Shown piece by piece: positions 1 through 11,086 of a stretch of DNA of 64,000 nt; position 1 is the first letter of the stretch, and every line of letters begins with the position of its first letter. Source of the DNA: Chiloscyllium plagiosum. Lineage: Eukaryota. The position numbers and the translations under genes were made by a program. The notes under the pieces are model-generated. The model had not been told where the DNA came from and did not search any database. It was given only the letters and a program-made list of their open reading frames with translations. The stretch is from contig NC_057718.1 in assembly GCF_004010195.1 (NCBI RefSeq), positions 56,284,895-56,348,894 on the forward strand, in the 5' to 3' direction.

Positions 1-300
1 ACTCAGCACCGCCTTCCCAACCTGCAATCTTCTTCCTGACCTCTCCGCCTCCATCCCACTCCGGCCTATCACCCTCACCGTGACCTCCCTCCACCTATCG
101 CATTTCCAACGCCCCTCCCCTAAGTCCCTCCTCCCTACCTTTTGTCTTAGCCTGCTGGACACACTTTCCTCATTCCTGAAGAAGGGCTTATGCCCGAAAC
201 ATTGATTCTCCTGCTCCTTGGATGCTGCCTGACCTGCTGCGCTTTTCCAGCAACACATTTTCAGCTCTGATCTCCAGCATCTGCAGTCCTCACTTTCTCC
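1..300 (+). mobile_element. Penelope-like element 3' terminus with hammerhead-like motif
   Basis: Pyrimidine-rich tract, then ctgaagaagggcttatgcccgaaac (176-200) and the ggatgctgcctgacctgctg...ccagcatctgcag terminus shared with RT-bearing copies. Confidence 0.8.
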
Positions 301-875
301 TCCGAGGAGAGAATAGGAACCAAATTACAATAAATGTGTACTAGTTGAATTCAGTGTGTGTGTGTCCCTGCTTTGTGGACATTGGACACCACACCCTCTT
401 GCAAGAGTAAAATAAATGACTGATTCAGATCTTGTCTCGGACTGAAATTATTGAAGTGAGTGAGCTTTGTTTCTCACAGGTTCAATCAGTCAGGATGATC
501 AAGCCCTGATCAATCTATTGAAGGACGCTAAAGACCCTCCCAAAAGGATTGGAACAACTGTTAAATATAAGAATAGCAGCAACACCATCCTCGGGGCAGT
601 GATTTGAGACCAACCACTGTGAAGCGAAGACACCACGAGACCATCAAGAGGAGATGAGATGGCCATCATCACGTGAATCAAGCGCAAGATCTAGTGTGGT
701 GGTATATGATCTGCTAGAGTTAAGTTAAAGTGCAAGACAGATTTGTAGTGTAAATCGTTAGTTTATAGTGTGTTCTGTTGTTACAATATTAATTGTGTCA
801 AATAAATGAATATTATTGTTCATTATTATTGAGTCGACTCCCAATTCTTTTGCTGAATATGAGTTAAAACACATC
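301..875 (+). mobile_element. Two probable LTR remnants
   Basis: AATAAA near 409 with end ...ctcaca at about 478; TATA-like near 566, AATAAA at 801, end ...aacaca at about 873; no coding evidence. Confidence 0.35.
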
Positions 876-3219
876 GTGTGGCAGGCAGAAGACCTCCAAT
901 AAATGCACGTGTAATCTTGAGCTTGCAGGAATTTCAACTGGGATTTAATATGTGTGATGGGAAGCTCTGTACCACTTCGTTGGGGGAGGCCTGACGAAAT
1001 GATATGGCCTGCATTGGATATTCCTTGTGATTTGGGACCTCACAGGAGAGACCTGCCAGCCCTCCAATCAGGACAACAGATCTCCTTTGCCAGATAGTGC
1101 ACTGCCAGTAATTTCCAAAACCTGCCAAAGAGGCTTTGCTGGGCAGCCTTCTGGAGGCATGGGAGATTTGATTGAGTTCCATTAAATCCTTCAGGCATTT
1201 TTGAACTACTGTGGGCTCAGGTTAAATTAGTGTCAGGCACAAATGATATACCATCTCCAACAGATGAGATTCGCACACCAGGTCTTTCCCAAATCAAACT
1301 GAAAATAGGGAAAATTTTTCCAATGTTGAAAAATTCATTGTGGGTACACCTAACATGCTACTTCTGCAGACTTGATTAAATTCTGACCTTTAAATATCAA
1401 TCTTATCATCACTCTGCCTGTCTTCAGCCTCCTGTAGTGATCCATTGAAGCTCAATATAAATTTGAGGAACAGTGTGTCACTTTTTTCTGCAAAGTCTTT
1501 TACAGTCTTCTGGAATCAATACTAAATCCAACAATTTCACACCGATAACCTCTATCTCATTTTGTTTATTTTTATTTCTTTGTTGGTTCAGGTTCTTCCA
1601 TTGTTGTATTATTGAGTCCATTCTCAATCTTATCCTGGAGATGCATTTCAAAATAACATCAGTTGCCAGTGAAAGGCCATCAGTTTGGTGAAAGAAACCC
1701 TTTTTTTCTGCCCAAATCACAATGGTTTTCTGGTGCAAGGAACTGCTGATAAGTCTATTTACTTCCTTCCCCTAATTTCCTTTGAGCATAGATGTTAGCC
1801 ATCTTCTTAAACCACTATGATTCATGCAGTGTAGATGCACTCACTGTCCAATTAGTGTGGGAATTTCAGGACTTTAACCCTACAACAGTGAAGGAATGAC
1901 AATATATTCTCAAGTCAGGATGATGTGTGAATTGGTGGGAACCTGTTTGTATTCTCTCCTTTTTGCCTGAGAGAGGATCTATTGACCACAATAAATTAAC
2001 TTGTATAAGCTAAGAATTTATACAAGTTCATGTGTGGTGCTCTTTATTTTTCAAGTATCTGAATTTAAAAATAACTAGTAGCACTGCTTGTTTTAAACAA
2101 GGTAAAAGTTTAGTCTATTGCTGAATGTTAATTAGGTAAAAAGTAATGAAGTTATTAATGAAATGTACATAGAAAGACTTACAGCTAGTAAGGATAAACC
2201 TACGTATGAAGATAAAAATGCGTTTGATTTCCACAATCATTGCAGGATTGAAGATCTGTTTCTGGCACTGAATATTATGGCTGTTAATAACCTTAATAAC
2301 CTTGTGCATGTATGTTAATCCTGGGATACCTTTTCCTGTGTGCCAGTTGAGGAGCAGTTGGTATCTCAACGTGTTTCTCTCACGGTGTTCAGATGATCCT
2401 CCTCAAAATGGAAATGCTTTTACCACAATCAAACAAAATGGTTACAAATATTAATATTGATGAATCATTGTTCTAGAAAGCAAATGTGCTAGAATTCCTT
2501 GTAATGTCCCTCCTGTCTCCTGATCAACATTACAGAGGTTTCTGATTTTTCATAAGTTTTATGGGTTCAATCTTGGAATCCTTGAATTATTTATTCCCTT
2601 CATTATAATGAGAATTAATTTGGGGGAGTTTGCTGATGCCTCATAACACTGTTGTGTCAGTTGCAATTGTAACTCCCCAAATACTTAGTTAATCTGTGTC
2701 TGCATGCAGGAAGACCTGCTTGGGCTAATAAATTTTTTGTGCTTTTGGTTGCCTACCACTTCAACACATCATTGTCAACACTGGCCAACATCTCTATCTT
2801 GGACTTGTTGCAGTGTTCCAGCAAAGCTCAGAGCAAGCTGGAAGAACAGCATGTCATTTTCCTCTTGGGGATTCTGCAGCCTTCAGAACTCAATATCTAT
2901 TTCAATAATTTTATGCCCTGAACACTTTTTCCCCAACACCAAGCCGTAGTATCACATGGGTTGGTTGTGATAGCAATTGGGCAGACAAAGGAATGGGTAA
3001 AGCTCAGCCTAGGACAATCAATAAGTCAAGATACACCAACTTATTGCCACAACCAACCCATTGACAGCTACTAATGGTTCAATGGTTCCTGTCTGCCAAC
3101 CAATTCTCGATCCATGTCAGTACATTACCCCCAATCCCATGTGCTTTAATTTTACATGCTAATCTTTTATGTGGGACCAAAAGCTTTCTGAAAGTCCAAG
3201 TAAATCACATCAACATTTT

Positions 3220-3557
3220 GGGGTAGCACGGTGGCTCAGTGCTTAGCACTGCTGCCTCACAGCTCCAGGAACCTTGGTTCAATTTCTGCCTCAGGCGACT
3301 GTCTGTATGGAGTTTGCACATTCTCCCCATGTCTGCGTGGGTTTCCTGCGGGTGCTCCCGTTTCCTCCCACAGTCCAAAATGTGCAGGCCAGGTGAATTG
3401 GCCATGCTAAATTGCCCAAAGTGTTGGGTGCATTAGTTAGGGGTAAATACAGGGTCAGGAAATGGGTGGGGGTGGGTTACTCTTCAGAGGGTCAGTGTGG
3501 ACGTGTTGGGCCGAAGGGCCTGTTTCCATACTGTGGGGAATCTAATCTAAAATCTAA
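3220..3557 (+). mobile_element. tRNA-derived V-SINE (HE1-like), inserted in a CR1 fragment
   Basis: A box tggctcagtg, B box ggttcaat, V-domain tggagtttgcacattctcccc...tttcctcccacagtccaaa, (aatct)n tail. Confidence 0.85.
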
Positions 3558-4115
3558 ACTAACTCCCCCTTATTAACTCCACTAGTTATATCCTCAAAAA
3601 ACTCAAGTAGCTGGCAAGCATGGTTCGATGGCTCTCTCTGATCCAGTCACTTATGCACTTACTTTTTCTCTTTTTCTTTTGGACATCTAACTCCTGAAAT
3701 ATAGCAACAAGTTGGTGTATCTTGTCGTATTGATTTTCTCAGGCTGAATTTTACCCATTCCTTTGTCTTCCCAACTGCTGTTCTTTCTCTCTGGGCTTCA
3801 TTTCCACCTATTGTTTACTCCTACCACCAGACCCCCATCCCCAGCATATAGACCAACCTTTTTCTAGCTACAATCAGTTCTGGAAGAAGGATCACTGGAC
3901 ATGAAATGTTAAATCTACTTTCTCTCCATATATGCTGCTGAATTTCTCTAGCGGTTTCTGTCTTCGTCTTGGATTTCCAGCATCTGCACTCATTTGTTTT
4001 TTTGTTCTGGTTATGCCAGGACTGGCAGGGTCAAGTTGGGCTAGGTCCAGCAGGGTCCAGTTGGGCTGGGTCATGTAGGTTGTGTCCAGCCAGTTTCAGC
4101 AGGGTCAGGTCAGGT

Positions 4116-4235
4116 CAAAAGTGAGGACTGCAGATGCTAGAGATCAGAGTCAAGCTTTTGCCCAAAACGTCGATTTTCTTGCTCCTCAGATTTTGCCTGA
4201 CCTGCTGTGCTTTTCTAGCACCACTCTAACCTGAC
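4116..4235. mobile_element. Short fold-back PLE terminus in a degenerate (CAGGT)n tract
   Basis: Inverted then direct PLE terminus; flanking tcaggtcaggt at 4105-4115 and 4236-4246. Confidence 0.65.
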
Positions 4236-6324
4236 TCAGGTCAGGTTGATCCGAGTTCAGCAGGGTTGGATCAGTTCATGTACAACCAGGCCAGGCCTGG
4301 TCCGGCAAGTTGCTTTAAAGTATGTCAGGGGTCGGGTTGTATCTTTGAGGAGTGTTAGAGGTAAATTGAGGTTCAGTTTAATAGTTACCTGGGAGCTATA
4401 GTAGATTTTTAGTCCTCTAATTTTCCCTATTAAGCTTCATTGTGTTGGTATGCTCTGAACTCACCAACTTTAATGGACACTTCTGGAGAAATTCAGATGC
4501 ATGGACTTTGAAAATTTTGATTTTCCAGGCAACTCTGAAGGAATCAGCTGCCTGGTCCTGATACACAACTGATCGGCTGCTCCACCAGCTCTCTGGCAAT
4601 CGGAATGTCTGATTGATATATTCCTCCAAGTTAAAATTCCCCACATGGATTCAAGTACTACATGCTTGATGAATCAACACAAATGGCTTCTTGTTATTAT
4701 TAGCCCAGAATCAAATAGACCAGTTGGCACTTCCTAAGCAGCAGTCACACTGCATTTATTTTAAGGAAATCCACTGAATCTCCATTATTACACTTCATTA
4801 AAAGTATAATATCAAACAATGTGAAGAAATAGAAGTATGGAAAAGGTAGACTGTAGATTCATGAAAAATTATGGTTGAAGACTAGAAGTATGTGGCAAAG
4901 GTAATAATTTAATATTAGTGCTGAATGTACAAACAAAGTTACAAGGAATGATTTTATGCAATGGATTAATAGAATATAGGAAACATTATCCCAGATGAGT
5001 TTAAAATTCCACTGACCACATTCTTTAAAAGGAGGTTAGACAAACATTTGAAGAAGAATATTAAAACACAAAGAATGAGGATGAAAATAAAACTAGAACA
5101 GATAGCAGTTACTATGAAGGGACCAATGGATCAGAAATAATTGTCCCAAATGGCATGCTTCTGTGCTTAACATTTACAATTCACTAATAGTTGTAAACAA
5201 AAATTTGTTTCCAAGATAGTAGCAGAGTAGCAGTGCTCCTGCCTCCTGGGCAGGGTTCATCCAGTTCCATCTTCTTCCTTGTTTTTTTTTATTTTTGCTT
5301 TTTCTTTTGCTTTCTTTCTTTTGCTTCTTAAAAGCCTTTTTGGCACCTTCGGCAGGATAAGAGTGGGCCTTGCCTCCTGACAACGTGTGGTTGCAGCAAT
5401 AGGAGTTGACTCTTGGGGAGACTAAGCCCACCGCGGAGTCCTTAGAGAGCTTGCAAAGACAGCAAGTGTGGGCTCAGTGGTGAGAGATAGTGTCAGAGCA
5501 TGGCGACTTCGACGTTGGTGGGTCCACCAGTACAGAACTCGAGGTGGTGTTGGCAGCACCAGGTTTCAAGATGGTGGTGACAGCAGGGCAGCAGGCCTGA
5601 ATTGGTACTCCTGGCAGATTGAAGGGAGCAGACGTTGCATCAGTGGCAGCGTAGTAGTCACAGTGTGGTGTTCCTAGAGTGCAGTAGTGGCAATGGTGGC
5701 CCTGGAGAGGGACTCCTGGAATGGAATGTGATGAGGGGTGTTGGTGGGCCTGGAGCTTGCTGTGGTGACCTTACCACATCCTTCATGTTGAATAGAGCAC
5801 AAGTAGGGAGTAGAAACTCTATTTTTAGTCATATTCTAGTTATATCTTAATATCTTCTGTAACTCAAAATAGTACCAGGGCATGACAACATATTGTACGT
5901 TTCACTATTTATTTGTTAAATGCAAGTAACAATCAGTCATTCAGTTCAATTCAAATGCCTAAAATATCTAATACATATGATAAAGAGTAAAATAAAATAA
6001 ATGCCATTTAAGAAATAAAATTATTTCCTATGAGCTCAATTTAAAAAAAACTGTAAAAGATATGGAAATAAATCCCCACATGAATTTTTCTGTATCATTC
6101 CCACAACATGGCCTTGTTGATCCCAATCCAATCCCCCACTCAGCTGCAGAAACACCCTCCTACTCCCCCCATCAGTCCTCTGAATCTAACACCATATTTG
6201 CTATAAAGTTCAAATGGTCATGTAAGAGCTGACAACCCTTCCAGCTCGACCCCACCTGCTGGAGCTGGCTTACCTTAGCAATCCCTACCCACCTGGCTCC
6301 CTACCCCCTTACCCCTTATACAAA

Positions 6325-7234
6325 AACATAGAAAATAGAAGCTGGAGTATGCCATTTAGCTCTCTGAGCTTGCACCATCTTCAATATGCCATCCAACTTA
6401 ATACTCTGTTGCTTCTTTGTCCCCATACACTTTGATCCCTTTAGTCTAAATGGCCTATCTCATATCTTTAGACTGTGATCTCTGGTTCTGGATTCCTCAG
6501 AAACATCCTTCCTGGGTTTGCTCTGTCCCTTTCTGTTAGAATGTTATAGGTTTCTATGAGATACCCCTCATTCTTCTGAACTCCAATAATATAGTCCTCC
6601 ATGATGCAATCTCTCTTCATATGTCAGTCCTGCCAGTCTTGTAAACATTTGTTGTACTCCTCCAGAGCCAGAACATCCTTCTTCAGATAAAGAGACCAAA
6701 ACTGCACACAATACTCCAGGTGTGGTCTCACCAAGGCCCTGTGTAATCACAACAAGACATCTCTGCTCATGTGTTTGAATCCTCTTGTAATGAAGGTCAA
6801 CATATGAGCAAATCACACTGAAACATCTCTACATCATCCTCACAGCTCACCCTCCCACCCAGCTTTGAGTCATCTGAAAATATGAAGATACTATATTTGT
6901 TCCCTCTACTAAATCATCATTATATATTGTGAATAGCTGGGGTCCAAGCACTGATCCTTGTGGTACCCCACTAGTCACTGGCAGCCACTTGGAAAAGGGC
7001 ACATTCATTCCTACTCTTTGTTTCCTGTCTGCCAACCAATTCTCTATCCATGTCAGTGCACTACCCTCAATCCTCTATGTTTTAATTTTACATGCTAATC
7101 TCTTATGTAGGACCTTATCAAAAACCTTCTGAAAGTCAAGTAAACCACATCAGCTAGCTACCTATTATCAACTCTACTAGTTATACCCTCGAAAAACTCA
7201 AGAAGATGGCAGGCATGATTTCACGTTTGTAAAT
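6325..7234 (-). mobile_element. CR1-like LINE RT/3' fragment
   Basis: Minus-strand [20 protein letters not shown] motif; interrupted at 7234 by the ERV LTR. Confidence 0.9.
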
Positions 7235-7631
7235 TGTGAAAGCCATTTTGTCACATATTCATTGTCTGTCCTGAAGAAACCATTTTAGCTGAGCCTGCAT
7301 AGTGATAAATAAATTCTTCTCTCTGTATGAGGCCATTGTCTAACCGTATTGTTAACTTCTGCTTATCAGCTACTAACCTTTGCAAAACAAAATGCTACGT
7401 GACCAGGGCTAAAGTTACACAAGTTGCCCCATGCCTGTCTATTATCCTATAGTTAGTGGTCAGCTAATTGTAAGACTATAAAGATCTGTGGAACTCTGTA
7501 ACTTGTTGGAGTGCTTCAGGACCATTCATTCGTCTTGGTCCCTGTCTGTCTCCCCGTGATATATCATGAAATAAACTTGTCAAAACTCAAGGTCTGCATA
7601 TGAGATTTATTCAAAAGATATTTCTTCAACA
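7235..7631 (+). mobile_element. 5' LTR of an endogenous retrovirus
   Basis: Begins TG(TG)AAAG, TATAAA near 7477, AATAAA 7570-7575, ends CAACA, directly followed by PBS-like sequence. Confidence 0.75.
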
Positions 7632-7633
7632 AT

Positions 7634-7648
7634 TGATGTAGTTGGCAG
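7634..7648 (+). promoter_or_regulatory. Primer-binding site, tRNA-Ser-like
   Basis: TGATGTAGTTGGCAG vs TGGCGTAGTCGGCAG (complement of recalled vertebrate tRNA-Ser 3' end), 12/15, two differences at CpGs. Confidence 0.7.
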
Positions 7649-7858
7649 TTCCCCTTATTTACAGGGTTCTCACCGAAACTGATTTGGTAACATCACATTG
7701 GTGTCATTGTGTGCGAGTGCGTGTTTGCCACTTGAGTCAAGCCCTGTCAGACAAGGAGGTAAAAGTGTATAGCACCTAGCCTGAGCTGAAGCTAAGAGGG
7801 GAAATCCCCCACATGACCGCCAGGGCCCTAATGTCGGGGTGGAGACTGGTAACGACTA

Positions 7859-8087
7859 GGTAAAAACAAGGACTGCAGATGCTGGAAACCACAGTCTAGA
7901 TTAGAGTGGTGCTGGAAAAGCACAGCAGGTCAGGCAGCATCCGAGGAGCAGGTGAATCAACGTTTTGGGCAAAAGCCCTTCATCAGGAATATTCCTGATG
8001 AAGGGCTTTTGCCCGAAACATCGATTGTCCTGCTCCTCGGATGCTGCCTGACCTGCTGTGCTTTTCCAGCACCACTCTAATCTAGAC
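7859..8087. mobile_element. Fold-back (head-to-head) PLE termini inserted in the ERV leader
   Basis: About 95-bp inverted arms meeting at ggaat|attcc (7990/7991); TSD actggtaa(c/t)gacta at 7845-7858 and 8088-8101. Confidence 0.85.
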
Positions 8088-8432
8088 ACTGGTAATGACT
8101 ACCTAGGCTGTGGTGCTCAGTTGGGAGTATGTCTGGTGTGAATCTCTTACCCGTTGGGTGTTCCCGCTGAGGCTGCAGGCTAAACCCTGTGACATGACAA
8201 AAGTTGGAATGTTCACCCTTTCCAGTTTCTAAATTACACATTTGGCTGACTGCGTGATCCTCCCCGAGCCAATAAGGTTGGGGAACGAGGCTACGGCAAG
8301 AAGGGGGGGTTGGAAAGAATGCTGTCAGAATCTTATTTGCTTCTGTAGACCTTGAGGGATTGACCAGGGTGCCTATACTTGTTGCTTGCTCTCTGGTTTG
8401 TCTTTGTTCTTGTTTCATTAATGCACAGGTCA

Positions 8433-9519
8433 ATGGGATCACAGAACTCAAAACTTGCTGGCAATGGGCTGCCCTCGGGGACAGGTCTACCTTGTCCTGC
8501 CGAGAAGGGCTGCCCGCATCCCTGCATTCCTTCGAAAAGGACATAAAAGGGCCATGGTAAAGATCTGAAAGGCAAGGGTCAAGTAGGAGACCCACTTATC
8601 TCCACCCCCACCCCCCGGTGTCACCGGCCAGCATTGTTTGGAAAGAGACGGGTGATAGCTGTTATGTTATCCTTTTCACTTCTGATTTATATAGGTGGTC
8701 CCATGGTAATTGGCCTTATGCAGGTTCATTTAAATTGGAGAAAATTAATTATTGGTGGACTAATATTGAGGTGGGTACAGAGACCCCTCCTGGAACAGAT
8801 TACATGCTCCAATGTCTAGATAAATTTAAAGAAGTAGACTAAGGACATCAGCCCCCTAAGAATAAAGATCACCATCAGCCTACTGAAAGCCTTCCCTCTT
8901 CCGAGCCCCTTCCCACTGCACCACCGCCCTATCCTCCTCAGTACCCCAAAATTCCTGTTTCAATTCCCTGTCCCAAACCTCTCATAGATGAGATTACTGC
9001 CTTTGTTGCCACCCGGAACAGCGGTCAAATTGGTACTGCAGGTGGCAGCGGTCCTGCATCACCTCAGGACCAACGCCGCACCAAGGATGGTGCTGCGGCA
9101 AGGCCACACGTTGTGTCTGATTCTACCTCTGACCATCACTACAATACCCGCTCCAACTGGCGAAACCAGCATTCTAACTTTGATGGAGGCATCCCCAAGG
9201 ACCCTGATAGCCCTCTCACACCTTAGTTGCCCAGGGTAATGATCGCTGACACGCCGCTTGATAAACCATGGACCCACACTGAGGCCCGGGACATACACCA
9301 GGATGCCCCCGATCCGATTAAGCATCCAGTTCTGTTCTACAAATGACTTTTGTAAATTTGTGACATCTATAAGTGGTTGCCTCAGGGTGTCTAGACACTG
9401 CTCCATTTAGCACTTGGCACACTTTGGGCCACAATCAAAGGGTCCATTGACTTCTCTACCACACACTGGGCCACCGCAGAAGCATGACCTGAGTGCAGAC
9501 CTGTTAAAGACGCCATTAT
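8433..9519 (+). pseudogene. gag: Decayed retroviral gag (matrix, late domains, capsid N-terminus), class I (gamma/epsilon)-like
   Basis: MGSQNSK myristoylation-type start; WPYAGSF matrix motif; PTAPPPY at 8912-8932; KPWTHTEA...PDPIKHP..F capsid-like; stops and one frameshift; cut by L1 at 9520. Confidence 0.75.
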
Positions 9520-9661
9520 GGGGGATTCAAGATGGCAGCAAACCAGTAGATCTGAGTCTGCTGACCACTGCCCAGGACTCGGACAAAGTGGGGTACCTAC
9601 CCTCCCCTTACTTTTTAAACTTCTAAAAGTAGCTTTTTCGCAGCCGTTTGGTAATTCTAAA

Positions 9662-10497
9662 ATGACTAAAGGTAAAGGATCATGGAGTTCGCAACAGGCA
9701 GGGACCCCTCCACCCGTGGCAACAGATGCGTCCACGGCCACCCCAGGGGACTTATCCGCAGAGGCAAGCCTGATCTTGGAATTTGTCAGGCACTGAGAGA
9801 AGATTGACGCATCGATTGAAGAGACCTGGTCCAGGTGGGATTCGATCTCGGTCATACTGCAGAAGCATGACTGAGAGATCGAGAAATTCCGGCAGCGTGT
9901 TGGTGGGGCAGAGCAACGAGCCACGGCCTCTGAGACCTCTGCTGAATCTTCTGTGGGTCAGGTCTGGGCTCTGGAACGCCGAGTCTGGGCCTTAGAAGGG
10001 CATATTGATGACCTCGAAAATCGAGGTCTTCGGAAGAATATTCGGTTGCTGGGCCTTCCCGATTGGGAGGAGGAAGGCCAGCTTGTTGATGTTTTGGAGC
10101 AATAGCTCCCAAAACTGCCGAAGCTGGAGTCTGAATTAGGCTGGGTGCGGGTTGAGCAGGCCCACCGGGTTGCTGTGCGCAGGCCCGGATCAGCCCAGCA
10201 CCCTGTCCAGTCCTAGTGCAACTCCAGCACTACAGGGAAAAACAAATGTTGCTGGAGGCCTCCAGAATTTTGGGGAAGGATCCCCAAGCCATGATATACA
10301 AGGGATTCAAAATAATGCTGTTCCAAGACTTTTCTTCAATTGTGGTATGCAAGAGGAAGGCTTTTGACGAGGTAAAGAAACGTCTGAGGGATTTAAATAT
10401 TCAGTATTCCATGAGATACCCGGCAACGCTGCGATTCAGTCACAGCGGGTCTGTGTATAACTTCAGATTGCCAGAAAAAGTGAAAGAATTTTTTTGA
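9662..10497 (+). pseudogene. L1 ORF1p, disrupted
   Basis: MTKGKG start; DDLENRGLRKNIRLLGLP and FQDFS...KRKAFDEVKKRL...YPATLR motifs; in-frame stops and frameshifts. Confidence 0.88.
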
Positions 10498-11086
10498 AAA
10501 ACTTAAGTACCTGAATTATATGGACAATTACTTTATTTTACCCCCTTTTTTTCCCTCCTCCTTTCCCCTTTCTCTTTTCCATCCTTCCTTGGGGAGGGTT
10601 TTTTTTCTCTTAACTCTTATTTATAACTTCCTTGGTTTATCTGGTTGTTGGGGGATGTTTTTGAGTTTTCCTTTAATATTTGCTGTGATTGTAATTTTAT
10701 ATATTTTATTTTATGTTGCTGTTTTGTTAAGAATGCCTAGATAATAATAGGGAGAGTGCAGGTTGGTTGCCCACTTCTAATTTCTGTATTATAAGATATT
10801 GGTACTTGTTTATCTTACTTTGTAACGTCTGGGCTGAGGGCATGGCTCTAGCTGGAAGTGTTATGGTGGGATTATTGGATGGTCGGAGTGCCCCTGTGGA
10901 CAAAGGGGAAGGTGTCCTCTTAACTATCTCTTATGTTATTATTTTTAGCAGAAGTTCTTAGTAGTCTTGATTTAATTGTTTTAAAGGTTATATTTTTAAA
11001 TTTATGTGAATTGTTTATGGTGCCTACTCATTGCTTTTTGAATGGGGCTCTTCCTCCTGGGGGGTCTCAGACTTTCTTGAATGATC

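Noticed and set aside
3220..3295. tRNA gene
   Set aside because: It is the tRNA-derived head of a SINE, continuing into V-domain and tail
4010..4340. CRISPR-like or coding repeat array
   Set aside because: Degenerate pentamer simple repeat in eukaryotic DNA with no repeat-spacer periodicity
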